Shown here one piece after another: positions 1-8,724 of a stretch of DNA of 32,000 nt (its first letter is position 1; every line of letters starts with the position of its first letter). The notes under the pieces are model-generated. The model had not been told where the DNA came from. It saw only the letters and a list, made by a program, of their open reading frames with translations, and did no database searches. Location of the stretch: NCBI GenBank assembly GCA_963676105.1, contig OY781039.1:1050001-1082000 (forward strand). Direction: 5' to 3'. The position numbers and the translations under genes were made by a program. This DNA is from Erysipelotrichaceae bacterium (GTDB lineage Bacteria; Bacillota_I; Bacilli_A; Erysipelotrichales; Erysipelotrichaceae).

Positions 1-1494
1 TTCTGCATAAGTATCCCAATCACTTACACGCTCATCTAATGGTGTTAGTAAATATGTATAGGACAAACGATTACGGATTTGCGCATCTAAGTAATGTCTT
101 AGCGCATCTTCGGGTGTTCTTCCTAAATCATCAACTCCTTCGACTGCAGTATAGCGATTAAAGTCCTCTGTAAAGAATGTTTGAGGTAAGTATTTATTGG
201 ATGACATCCAAATAATATATTCTTCTAAACCCACATCATAAGTTGCTTTGATTTGTGCTTGTATCGCATCTTCATCATATTCGATATAGCCTGGTACCCA
301 TGATGCGGTAAAGCCTTGTAGCCATGGACGAATGCTTGCGCTATCTTCAATAGCCGCATTCTTTTCGAGTGCTTCTATGAGTGATTGTTTAACCACTTCA
401 TATGGATGAGCATCAGGATAGGTAAACCCATAAAAACCTTCACCATAATGACTTGGATAAACCATTGGACAGATAACTTCCACTTGAGGTGCAATCTTTA
501 ACCAAGTTTGACCTATATCTTCTGGTTGATCATTCCAAGAATAAGTAATAACCCCAAAAACATCGGCGGCTAAATTTACTTTATAAGGTTCTAGAGCTGC
601 ATGTGCTTTCGCTAAGAATGCTTCAATGGCTTCATCTTTATCCTGTCCATCACGATATGGGAAAGTTGTAATTGGATTATAAGTGGCTGCACTATCAGGG
701 AATCTGACATAGTCATATTGAATTTCATCAAAACCACGATAGGCTGCTTCTTGCGCTACCGCAATATTATAGTCCCAAACATACTCATCAAATGGATTAA
801 CCCATGAAAAGCCAGAACGATCAGTATATACCCCTGAGCCATCTTTTAATTGAATCGCATGATCAGGATTATTTTCTGCAAAATAGGGATCTTTAAATGC
901 GACAATTCTGGCAATAGTGTAAACATCATTGGCTTCTAAATAATCCATTAAGACATCAGGATTTGTCCAACGCGTGGACCAATTAGAACCCACTTCTTCA
1001 ACAATTTGCAAATCAGATGGCCAACCGATTAAGCCTGTATCATCTTTAATATCGATTACTAAACTATTAATCTCTGTTGCCTGTACAATACCTAATATTT
1101 CTTCTAAACGATTAACTTTTTCTAATCTCGAAAGATCAAAACTTTCACCATTATGCGTTTTTGTGATGTATTCTGCGTAGGTATTCACATCATCTTCATT
1201 AAAGCCTAAGCCAGCCACATTAAAGGTCATGTATAAAGCTTTAACGGTTTCAGTTTCCAAAATTACTTCATCTGAAGGAGATGGTAGTGGGACATAAAAA
1301 GCTTGAAGTTCTTCTTGTCTTAGCACTTCATTTGCTTCATATTCCGCTTGAAGTCTCGCGGCTTTTTCAGCTTCGCTTTCAACTTCTTCTTCAGGTTCAA
1401 GAATCACTTCATCTTCAATGGGATCCTCTTCAGCCTGCGTAGAACATCCTACAAGTAAAGTGATTAATAAAAGTGCTAATAGTTTAGTACGCAT
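1..1494 (-). CDS. Putative extracytoplasmic glycoside hydrolase lipoprotein (DUF4015-like TIM barrel); C-terminus runs off the window edge
   Basis: The minus-strand frame is open from ATG 1494-1492 to position 1. It is absent from the ORF track because no stop lies in the window. My translation starts MRTKLLALLLITLLVGCSTQ (signal peptide + lipobox LVGC). Internal strings IARIVAFKD, WVNPF and GFDEIQYDYVRFP resemble the DUF4015 putative glycosyl hydrolase family. It overlaps the upstream deacetylase gene by 11 nt. Confidence 0.7.
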   Translation of the reverse strand, partial: MRTKLLALLLITLLVGCSTQAEEDPIEDEVILEPEEEVESEAEKAARLQAEYEANEVLRQEELQAFYVPLPSPSDEVILETETVKALYMTFNVAGLGFNEDDVNTYAEYITKTHNGESFDLSRLEKVNRLEEILGIVQATEINSLVIDIKDDTGLIGWPSDLQIVEEVGSNWSTRWTNPDVLMDYLEANDVYTIARIVAFKDPYFAENNPDHAIQLKDGSGVYTDRSGFSWVNPFDEYVWDYNIAVAQEAAYRGFDEIQYDYVRFPDSAATYNPITTFPYRDGQDKDEAIEAFLAKAHAALEPYKVNLAADVFGVITYSWNDQPEDIGQTWLKIAPQVEVICPMVYPSHYGEGFYGFTYPDAHPYEVVKQSLIEALEKNAAIEDSASIRPWLQGFTASWVPGYIEYDEDAIQAQIKATYDVGLEEYIIWMSSNKYLPQTFFTEDFNRYTAVEGVDDLGRTPEDALRHYLDAQIRNRLSYTYLLTPLDERVSDWDTYAE

Positions 1495-2512
1495 AAATTT
1501 CCTTATCTAAATCAGTGTTTAATTGATTACTATCTTCTTCTAGAATCGTAATAATATCAGGATTCCCATCAGATATAAACTTAAGTTCTGGACGCTCATC
1601 ATATCTATTTAGATAATCATAGAGTCCAACACCATCTGTATTCATTTCTGAGGCGCGAACACGCGGTGTATATAAGGCATTAAAACTAGTATCATACGGT
1701 GACACTGAAGGGTTTGATCCCACTCTTAATAGAGTGATGTTTTCATAGGGTACTCCCTTATATTCGCCCCTTACCATATAATTCATCAGCGATTCATCAG
1801 GACGCGATCCATAAACAAGAGCCATTGTATTTACGGTGTAATCAGTATGTAAATAACTTTCAATGGTTTGTGCCATTTTACCGATTTCAAATTGAATCGT
1901 ATCAGCATCATTAATGTCTTTAAAGTTTGGATGAGAGACTGTATGATTCCCTAAATCCATACCTAAATCAATAACCATATTCAACTTTTCTTCAATGTAT
2001 GTTGATTGACCAAATAGAATATTTCCACCAGTTAAAAAGAATGTTGCCTCTAGGGGAAAATCAGGATGTGTTTCATTGAAATCCTTTAAGATACCTACTG
2101 CACAATCCGGATCAATACTACCATCTTCTAATAATTTAAAATTATCTAACTTACCATCATCAAAGGTTAAGACAACAGGTGTATATCCCATTTCAGTGGT
2201 GATATTTCCAGTAATAAAATCGTTTAAAGAAATCGGTCTAAAACCATTATCATATAAAGTTTGTAGATCCTTCTTGAAGTTATCAACACTACGTACCCAA
2301 TCAGATTCTTCTTGATTGATTCCATGGTACATCAAAACCATGACTTCACCTAATTCGTTAGGTTTCAAAGATAAATCAATTTCATCGATTGGATTAACTT
2401 CAATTTCTTCAACTTCTTCAGGTGTTTCATCGATGATTTCTTCTTCTTCGACAACAGTATTTTGACTACATCCGCTAAGTAGTAATAGTAATGTTATTAG
2501 GATTTTTTTCAT
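1484..2512 (-). CDS. Polysaccharide deacetylase (CE4 / NodB homology domain) lipoprotein
   Basis: 342-aa ORF with an N-terminal signal and lipobox LLLLLSGC. NodB-type motifs TFDDG and HTVSH are present. Confidence 0.85.
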   Translation of the reverse strand: MKKILITLLLLLSGCSQNTVVEEEEIIDETPEEVEEIEVNPIDEIDLSLKPNELGEVMVLMYHGINQEESDWVRSVDNFKKDLQTLYDNGFRPISLNDFITGNITTEMGYTPVVLTFDDGKLDNFKLLEDGSIDPDCAVGILKDFNETHPDFPLEATFFLTGGNILFGQSTYIEEKLNMVIDLGMDLGNHTVSHPNFKDINDADTIQFEIGKMAQTIESYLHTDYTVNTMALVYGSRPDESLMNYMVRGEYKGVPYENITLLRVGSNPSVSPYDTSFNALYTPRVRASEMNTDGVGLYDYLNRYDERPELKFISDGNPDIITILEEDSNQLNTDLDKEIYAY

Positions 2513-2551
2513 ACCATCTTATTATCCCATATCTTTCATGTTTTTAATGAT

Positions 2552-2578
2552 AAAAAACCACTTCTTAATAGAAGTGGT
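2552..2578 (-). terminator. Intrinsic terminator of the lplA-gntR-gntR unit
   Basis: The minus strand reads ACCACTTC-TATTAA-GAAGTGGT followed by TTTTTT. The stop codon lies in the loop. Confidence 0.7.
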
Positions 2579-3332
2579 CTAAGTCCTTAGCTTCAATTTG
2601 CCATTCAATTTGAATATGCTCTATCACATAGGTTACAGATGATTCAATCAAGTCATTTTGATCATCAAAGGCTTGTAGATGTGTTGCCAGTAAAGTACTA
2701 TTTTTCTCAATATTTAAAGCTTCACAGATCTTATCTGATCCAATCTCAGCCTTAAATTTACGACTCGTACGACTAGGACTAATACCATATTCATCCTTAA
2801 AGATTTCTTGAAGTGCTTTTGTCTCAAAATCAAGTTTGTCGAGTCCTTTAAAACGATCAAGTGGAAACAAAGCTTCCATAAAGGCAACTGGATTTCCATC
2901 CGCAAAATAAACACGTTGTAATCTAAAAAGTTTATTACAATCATCAGCCTTTGGATAGTCCTTAACTTGATCACAATCGATAACTTCTTTACTAATGGTT
3001 TTTGAACTTGGCGTAAATCCTAACTTCTCAATTGATTTATAAATAGACGTGAAATCAGTTAATACAGTTTTTGGTGCGTCATAAAAAGCTACATAAAAGA
3101 TTTCCTCTTTTGTTTGATACACTAAGTTTTCATCAATTAATCGATAATAAGCCTTTTCAATAATCGCATCATCACAGGCTAATTTTTCTGCAAGCTCAGA
3201 AATAGTTGGCATCGGACGATTTGGATAAATTTCACGGTTTAGAATAAGACGTCTAATTTGACTAGCGACTTGAGTTGAAAGTTCTGTATTTGATCTTCTA
3301 TCTAAAGATAATTTCATCACATTAATCATCAT
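2565..3332 (-). CDS. GntR-superfamily regulator, divergent B-type (degenerate winged HTH + UTRA-like effector domain)
   Basis: 255-aa ORF. The N-terminus (STQVASQIRRLIL...MPTISELAEKLACDDAIIEKAYYRLIDENLVYQ) is GntR-like but lacks the G-x-G-x-F-V wing. The C-terminal half is UTRA-like. The start overlaps the upstream stop (TAATG at 3330-3334) and is preceded by GAGGTG. Confidence 0.7.
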   Translation of the reverse strand: MMINVMKLSLDRRSNTELSTQVASQIRRLILNREIYPNRPMPTISELAEKLACDDAIIEKAYYRLIDENLVYQTKEEIFYVAFYDAPKTVLTDFTSIYKSIEKLGFTPSSKTISKEVIDCDQVKDYPKADDCNKLFRLQRVYFADGNPVAFMEALFPLDRFKGLDKLDFETKALQEIFKDEYGISPSRTSRKFKAEIGSDKICEALNIEKNSTLLATHLQAFDDQNDLIESSVTYVIEHIQIEWQIEAKDLDHFY

Positions 3333-4054
3333 TACACCTCAAATGCTGATGTTTCACCAGGATAGGTACTTATCACAAAGGCCATACAATCATCTTTCTC
3401 ATCTAATATATGGGAACGAATTAAAAAGACAGGATCATCTTTTCGAATATCTAAGCTCATCGCATCCTTGACGCTCGCACTTTTCACATTATAGTGATTC
3501 ACGATTTTTGAGACAGGATGATATTGGTTAATGACTTCAATCCAACGTTTATCACTACTTAAACGACGTTTAATTTTTGGGAAAAGTTTTTCTGGACAAT
3601 ACCAATCTTGTGCATAAACAGGAAACCCATCAGAGACCAAGATTCGCTTGATATGTAGAACTTTATTTTTTGGTTCTAAATTTAGCGCAACATAGGCTTG
3701 CGGATCATCTTCAATGAGTTCAATGTATTGAATTTTCACTTCAATATCATGTCCTTCACGAATCAGTTTCTTTTCTAATGATGATAAATCCGTTAAAGAG
3801 GAACTTAGTTGTGGTCTCATTTTCACAAATGAGCCCTTACCTTTGATGCGAATAATCAAACCATCTTCCATCAGCTGATCATAAGCATGACGAATAATGT
3901 AGTGTGATATATCAAAGACATTACAGACTTCTTCTTCCGTTGGTAGTTGTTGACCATCTCTTAAAATACCATTCATTATGGCATCTTCAAAACTGTTTCT
4001 AAGTTGTTGATAAACTGGAACTTTTAATGTTTTATCGACATGTATATAATGCAT
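3332..4054 (-). CDS. GntR/HutC-family transcriptional regulator (wHTH + UTRA), A-type
   Basis: 240-aa ORF with a canonical GntR N-terminus (VYQQLRNSFEDAI...LPTEEEVCNVFDISHYIIRHAYDQLMEDGLIIRIKGKGSFV). The C-terminus is an UTRA-like domain. The start lies 4 nt after the lplA stop. Confidence 0.85.
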   Translation of the reverse strand: MHYIHVDKTLKVPVYQQLRNSFEDAIMNGILRDGQQLPTEEEVCNVFDISHYIIRHAYDQLMEDGLIIRIKGKGSFVKMRPQLSSSLTDLSSLEKKLIREGHDIEVKIQYIELIEDDPQAYVALNLEPKNKVLHIKRILVSDGFPVYAQDWYCPEKLFPKIKRRLSSDKRWIEVINQYHPVSKIVNHYNVKSASVKDAMSLDIRKDDPVFLIRSHILDEKDDCMAFVISTYPGETSAFEV

Positions 4055-4058
4055 GAAT

Positions 4059-5024
4059 TTATTTTAACACTTCTTTTAAACTATTTGCGATTAGAGCACA
4101 ACGATTATCGATATCGAAACTAAAAGTAGCCAAAGTTTCAGCTAGTTTAGACTCTTCAGTATTAAGAACGTGTGTCTCTAATGCTTCAACCCATTCGTTT
4201 TCTAAAGCATCAGAGTATAAATGCGATTCAGTAATAATGCCTTTATCACTGATAAACTCCCATTTTAGACAGCCAAAATCAAAACAATCTTCAAAAAAGA
4301 ACTTCTCAGATTTTGTATGTCCCAATACGTAATCTTGATTACTGTAGTGTTTAATGGCTTCTGATGCATCTAAACTATCAAAATCTAAAATCTCGCCTTT
4401 TACTTCAGCATATTTTTCTACTTCTTCAAATAAATGACTCATTAATTCAGTAATCGTTAATTGCTTAAACTCAGAAATGTTCGCAATACGTGCTGCGACA
4501 GATTTAACATTTTTACGTTGTAGTTTTTTTGGATTTGGACTTAAGTATTTCCCGAGTAATTGTTTATCAACATTTACAAGTAATGTTCCATGATGTAAGT
4601 GTGTTTCCTTTTGATGTGCAAAAGCATTACCTGATACTTTAAAACCTTCTACTTCAATATCATTTCTTCCATTTACTTTTGCATCTACACCTAATGCCTG
4701 TAATGCATTGGCAATCATTTCCATTTGATTGTGAATGGAATAAATTTTGTCTTGCGCGATAAAGGTAAAGTTTAAGTTACCTAAATCATGATAGACAGCC
4801 CCACCACCTGAACTTCGTCTAGCCACAGTGACTTTATCCTCATTGGCCAAATCAAGTTTTACTTCACTTGCGCAATGTTGGTGTTTCCCGATAACAACCG
4901 TATGTGCATTTTGCCATAGATAAAAAATCAATGTGTCTTTTGGACATGTATCCATTAGAACTTGTTCAACCGCTAAGTTTTCATATGGATTATGTCGGGG
5001 TGATGTAATCAATTGTAATTTCAT
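4059..5024 (-). CDS. lplA: Lipoate-protein ligase A
   Basis: Motifs RRSSGGGAVYHDLGNLNFTF and GNAFAHQKETHLHHGTLL are present. The N-terminus MKLQLITSPRHNPYENLAVEQ matches the usual LplA/LplJ start. The track start at 5054 is a TTG inside the upstream terminator hairpin, so I prefer ATG 5024-5022. Confidence 0.85.
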   Translation of the reverse strand: MKLQLITSPRHNPYENLAVEQVLMDTCPKDTLIFYLWQNAHTVVIGKHQHCASEVKLDLANEDKVTVARRSSGGGAVYHDLGNLNFTFIAQDKIYSIHNQMEMIANALQALGVDAKVNGRNDIEVEGFKVSGNAFAHQKETHLHHGTLLVNVDKQLLGKYLSPNPKKLQRKNVKSVAARIANISEFKQLTITELMSHLFEEVEKYAEVKGEILDFDSLDASEAIKHYSNQDYVLGHTKSEKFFFEDCFDFGCLKWEFISDKGIITESHLYSDALENEWVEALETHVLNTEESKLAETLATFSFDIDNRCALIANSLKEVLK

Positions 5025-5039
5025 GTTTTCTATTATAAA

Positions 5040-5065
5040 CAAAAATTCACCCAATAGGGTGAATT
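5040..5065 (-). terminator. Intrinsic terminator after the spermidine-synthase-like gene
   Basis: The minus strand reads AATTCACCC-TATT-GGGTGAATT followed by TTTTTGTTT. It lies between the stop at 5080 and the lplA start at 5024. Confidence 0.7.
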
Positions 5066-5079
5066 ACATTCCATTTATA

Positions 5080-6105
5080 TCAGATGTGAACACTTAAAAT
5101 TTGTCTATGAAGTTTTGGATTATACATTAAATCTTTTAACTGATCTACTTCGTTAATATCAATATTCATTTCACCAAAAACACGATCAATTTTATTGAGA
5201 ATCTTAAATATCATTACATCAGGATGTTGAATCCGTTCTTGTTTCATGACGGTATTAACATAGATATATATCAAAGCAGGCATAATTTCTAATATCGAAT
5301 TCTCAATCCAAAAATCACAGGATTCAAACTTTGGATTATATAATTCAAGTAATCCCATCTCGATTTCTAAACCATCATGATTGGATTGATAAATATCAAC
5401 AAAGATATAATCAAATGCTTTAAGATATTCTTCATTAAAATATTCAAAGGCATCACCCTCAATGATATCGATGTCAATTTCTGATTTAAATTGAGGCAAA
5501 ATATATTGATTAAAAATATCGATTATTCGAGGATTATGTTCAATAACTGTGATGCTTTTTACAGATTTGTTTTTAAGTGCCATATAAACAAAATAGCCAA
5601 TTCCTAAGCCAAAGGTAATCACATGACCATGTGCTTTTAAAGCACTTGGATCAATCGTAGAGGCTTCTGATGGGACATCTAACATCCATACATCGTTATT
5701 TAAAGATAAACTTAAAGTCCTAAGTTTTTTATCTAGAGCTCTAAATTGAATCCAATCTTTTAATTCTCTATTGGGATCAGCTTGAATTCCACTCAAATTA
5801 AATAACTGGTGCGCTTCAAGTTCGATCCATTGAAAAGAAACATCATCTTCCTTGATATCTTCAAAATGAATATGTTGATGAAAGTCAGATGTTTCAAAAT
5901 CCTTGCTTGATAAATAGAGACTTGGCCAAGTCTTTTTATCACCTACAAATTCTGGATAATCTAAGTCTTTTAATGCATCTACAACTTTGTCATAACCAGT
6001 CTTTTCTAAATCAACATCTAAAAAGAGATTATATTGATTTGAAGTGATGTTTTTATGACATCTTTGCATGAATGCTTTGATATCATTTGTAAAAATTATA
6101 TTCAT
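5080..6105 (-). CDS. Hypothetical two-domain protein; C-terminal half has a spermidine-synthase-like / class I SAM-methyltransferase fold
   Basis: 341-aa ORF with SD AAGGAG upstream. Rossmann motif I is VITFGLGIGYF, followed by an acidic beta-2 end ITVIEHNP, then IIEGDAFEYF and FDYIFVDIY, as in spermidine synthase-type enzymes. I do not recognise the N-terminal ~170 aa. Confidence 0.6.
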   Translation of the reverse strand: MNIIFTNDIKAFMQRCHKNITSNQYNLFLDVDLEKTGYDKVVDALKDLDYPEFVGDKKTWPSLYLSSKDFETSDFHQHIHFEDIKEDDVSFQWIELEAHQLFNLSGIQADPNRELKDWIQFRALDKKLRTLSLSLNNDVWMLDVPSEASTIDPSALKAHGHVITFGLGIGYFVYMALKNKSVKSITVIEHNPRIIDIFNQYILPQFKSEIDIDIIEGDAFEYFNEEYLKAFDYIFVDIYQSNHDGLEIEMGLLELYNPKFESCDFWIENSILEIMPALIYIYVNTVMKQERIQHPDVMIFKILNKIDRVFGEMNIDINEVDQLKDLMYNPKLHRQILSVHI

Positions 6106-6242
6106 ATTAAGATATTCTCCTTTATATTTTATACTATTTACTGTTTATATATATAAAATAATAGACATATTTCCTTTTAAAACCCACTTTTGATTTTTTA
6201 CACTTAATTTTTCATAGTAGTCTATATATTATATATTTAATC

Positions 6243-6980
6243 ATGAACTATATAAAAATAAACAAAAAAAATAGAACACCTCTTTATCTACAAATTTATC
6301 AAAGTATTTTAGAAGCCATTGAAAGCAATGAGCTACGCGATAAAGACCCTTTGGCGTATGAAGAAGATGTGGCTAATTACTATCGTATTTCACGTCAAGT
6401 GGTACGTCAAGCCTACAATGAACTTGAAAAAGAAGGCTTACTCATCCGTATTAGACGTAAGGGAACATTTGTTCAACTCAAACAAAGTTACAGCGTTAGC
6501 TATGATGATTTGATTAATTTAGATACTTATTTAAATAAACAAGGTATCACAGCACATCATGAGGTTTTATTAGTTGAATCTATTTTTGTGAAGAATAGTC
6601 GCTTCCCATATTGTTTTACAGAAGACTTTAATTATGCTTACCGTATTGTTTATACCACTTACGCAAATACGCAAGCGATTGCGCTTAGTGAACTGTATGT
6701 ACCAGGGCATTTTAATTTATCAAATAACTTATTAAATCAGCCCTATAAAATTCAAGGAGTCATTGAATCCAATCAAATGCCTATCTCTGATATTGTGATT
6801 GGTTTACATCCAAAGAAAACATCGAGTATTGAATCACTCACTTTAGGAGTAAAAGAAAATTCAATTACTTCTGAATATAGTTTGAATTTTATCGGTGAAA
6901 ACAATAAATCCTATTTATTTCAACGTATATTAGTTGATGGAGACTGTTTTTTCTTAAAAAATGAGGGACAATTCCAATGA
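6243..6980 (+). CDS. GntR/HutC-family transcriptional regulator (wHTH + UTRA), A-type paralog
   Basis: 245-aa ORF. The N-terminus (LYLQIYQSILEAI...LAYEEDVANYYRISRQVVRQAYNELEKEGLLIRIRRKGTFV) parallels the 3332-4054 protein. The C-terminus is UTRA-like. Confidence 0.85.
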   Translation: MNYIKINKKNRTPLYLQIYQSILEAIESNELRDKDPLAYEEDVANYYRISRQVVRQAYNELEKEGLLIRIRRKGTFVQLKQSYSVSYDDLINLDTYLNKQGITAHHEVLLVESIFVKNSRFPYCFTEDFNYAYRIVYTTYANTQAIALSELYVPGHFNLSNNLLNQPYKIQGVIESNQMPISDIVIGLHPKKTSSIESLTLGVKENSITSEYSLNFIGENNKSYLFQRILVDGDCFFLKNEGQFQ

Positions 6981-7720
6981 AAACCATCTTTTCGATCGAT
7001 CGTCGTAAAAACCAATCCGTCTTAGATCAAATTACTTCTAGTTTAAAAACCTATATCCTCTCTAACACAACAGCACCTGGTGATAGATTACCTAGTGTTA
7101 AAGATATTGCGAAAGAATATGATGTTGATTCAAAAGAGATTGAAACTTATTATAATTATCTAATTGAAGAAGGCTTTGTCGATAAAATCGATGACAATTA
7201 TCATAAAGCAACACAGAGTTTTATTATTAATGAAGATGATTCCAAAAACATTTCACTCAGTGATTGGTTAAGCTTTGTTGGTTTAGAAAGTAGTCGTGAA
7301 ACTTTGTCTATTGAAGAAGTCAGCCAATTTAAGTTTAAACGCATCAAAGAATTTGAATGTCTTGATAACTATATTAAGATTGAAAATTTAATCGATTTTG
7401 GTGGGAACAAACTAGCTTATATGATTGCATATGTTTCAACATCAGTCCTACCTAAAAACTCATTAGAATCTTTTAGAAACTCCTCAATTACACAAACACT
7501 ACAAAAATATACTAAGGATAAATTAAATGTTGAGCGTTATTTATCCATCACTGAAGCACCGATTGAAACACTCAAAATTCTTAACATAAATAAGACAACA
7601 CCTGTTTTATCTTCCTATCAATATATGTCCAATGATTATCATGAACTCATCTTATATTCTGAGTTATTTACAAATCATGAAACATTCTTTACCTTTAAAA
7701 AGATTCCATATAATCACTAA
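6977..7720 (+). CDS. GntR-superfamily regulator, divergent B-type paralog
   Basis: 247-aa ORF with an ATGA start/stop overlap on the upstream gene (6977-6980). The N-terminus (SIDRRKNQSVLDQITSSLKTYIL...LPSVKDIAKEYDVDSKEIETYYNYLIEEGFVDK) parallels the 2565-3332 protein (SLDRRSNTELSTQVASQIRRLIL...). Confidence 0.7.
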   Translation: MKTIFSIDRRKNQSVLDQITSSLKTYILSNTTAPGDRLPSVKDIAKEYDVDSKEIETYYNYLIEEGFVDKIDDNYHKATQSFIINEDDSKNISLSDWLSFVGLESSRETLSIEEVSQFKFKRIKEFECLDNYIKIENLIDFGGNKLAYMIAYVSTSVLPKNSLESFRNSSITQTLQKYTKDKLNVERYLSITEAPIETLKILNINKTTPVLSSYQYMSNDYHELILYSELFTNHETFFTFKKIPYNH

Positions 7721-7746
7721 AGAAACATTAAATTGTTTCTTTTTTT
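7721..7746 (+). terminator. Intrinsic terminator after the second GntR pair
   Basis: AGAAACA-TTAAAT-TGTTTCT followed by TTTTTT, immediately after the stop at 7720. Confidence 0.7.
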
Positions 7747-7771
7747 GAATAAATTAGTTTATAGTTGATTT

Positions 7772-8638
7772 ATGATAATTGATATTTTAAGCAAAACTAA
7801 AGATTTAACGATACAAGAAAGAGCAGTCGCCTCTTATATTAAAGAGAATCCAAAGGATATTTTAAATGTCAGCATCCATGATTTAGCCATTCTCACTTAT
7901 ACCAGTGCAGGCACCATTTTAAGACTTTGTAAAAAGATGGGATTTAAGGGCTATTCAGATTTTAAATATCAATTTGCCAGTGAATATCAAGCTCTAATAT
8001 ATCAAGAATCTCAAAACAACTATGATTTATTCTCTGACGAAACATCTTTAGATGAGCTAATTGAGCGTATGCCTCTCAGTTTCTTTAGATCAGTTGAACA
8101 AACAATGACTACCTTAGATAAGCAACAGATGATAAGAATAGTAAAGAAAATCAATGAAGCAGATGAAATCATTATTGATGGTACAAGTCTTTCTTATAAA
8201 ATTGCAGATCTACTAGCTTATAAATTTACCGATGTAGGATTTATAGCTCGAGCATTCTCAGGAGTAAGTTGGTCACACTTAACCGCTTTAAAAGAAAAAA
8301 ATAAAAAACCATTAGCCATTATCGTTACCTTCTCAGGTGAGAATAAACTCATGATCAACGACACTAAGATTCTAAAAGATCTAGGTATCCCTTATATCTT
8401 AGTTTCATCTAATATTGAATCCCCAATGATAAAGGATGCTAATGAATTTATTCGTATCTTCTTTTCTCAAGTGGATTACTTATCTTCGTCACGATTTGGA
8501 ACCGTCGTACAAGCTTTATTTGATAATTTAATCGCGATAAACATCCACTTCAATAAACTTTACTTCAAAGAACATCATAAAAACATTGATGATACCTTTG
8601 ACTTAACAGAATCCATGAAATTACCTAAACCGGAATAA
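7772..8638 (+). CDS. RpiR/MurR-family transcriptional regulator (HTH_6 + SIS domain)
   Basis: 288-aa ORF. The N-terminus (LTIQERAVASYIKENP...LAILTYTSAGTILRLCKKMGFKGYSDFKYQF) is typical RpiR HTH. The C-terminal half is SIS-like. Confidence 0.85.
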   Translation: MIIDILSKTKDLTIQERAVASYIKENPKDILNVSIHDLAILTYTSAGTILRLCKKMGFKGYSDFKYQFASEYQALIYQESQNNYDLFSDETSLDELIERMPLSFFRSVEQTMTTLDKQQMIRIVKKINEADEIIIDGTSLSYKIADLLAYKFTDVGFIARAFSGVSWSHLTALKEKNKKPLAIIVTFSGENKLMINDTKILKDLGIPYILVSSNIESPMIKDANEFIRIFFSQVDYLSSSRFGTVVQALFDNLIAINIHFNKLYFKEHHKNIDDTFDLTESMKLPKPE

Positions 8639-8650
8639 TCCGGTTTTTTT
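8628..8650 (+). terminator. Intrinsic terminator of rpiR (first copy)
   Basis: AACCGGA-ATAA-TCCGGTT followed by TTTTT. The stop codon is in the loop. Confidence 0.7.
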
Positions 8651-8673
8651 ATTTGGTAAATACACATATAAAA

Positions 8674-8696
8674 CAAAAAGGAACCCGAAGGTTCCT
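8674..8696 (-). terminator. Intrinsic terminator of the first EIIC gene
   Basis: The minus strand reads AGGAACC-TTCG-GGTTCCT followed by TTTTTG. Confidence 0.7.
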
Positions 8697-8724
8697 TTAA
8701 TAGCCCAGATTCAATTTTGAATTA

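Noticed and set aside
5025-5054. The upstream TTG start (5054) given by the ORF track for lplA.
   Set aside because: The extra 10 codons fall inside the terminator hairpin of the preceding gene. The shorter N-terminus MKLQLITSP...NLAVE matches typical lipoate-protein ligases.
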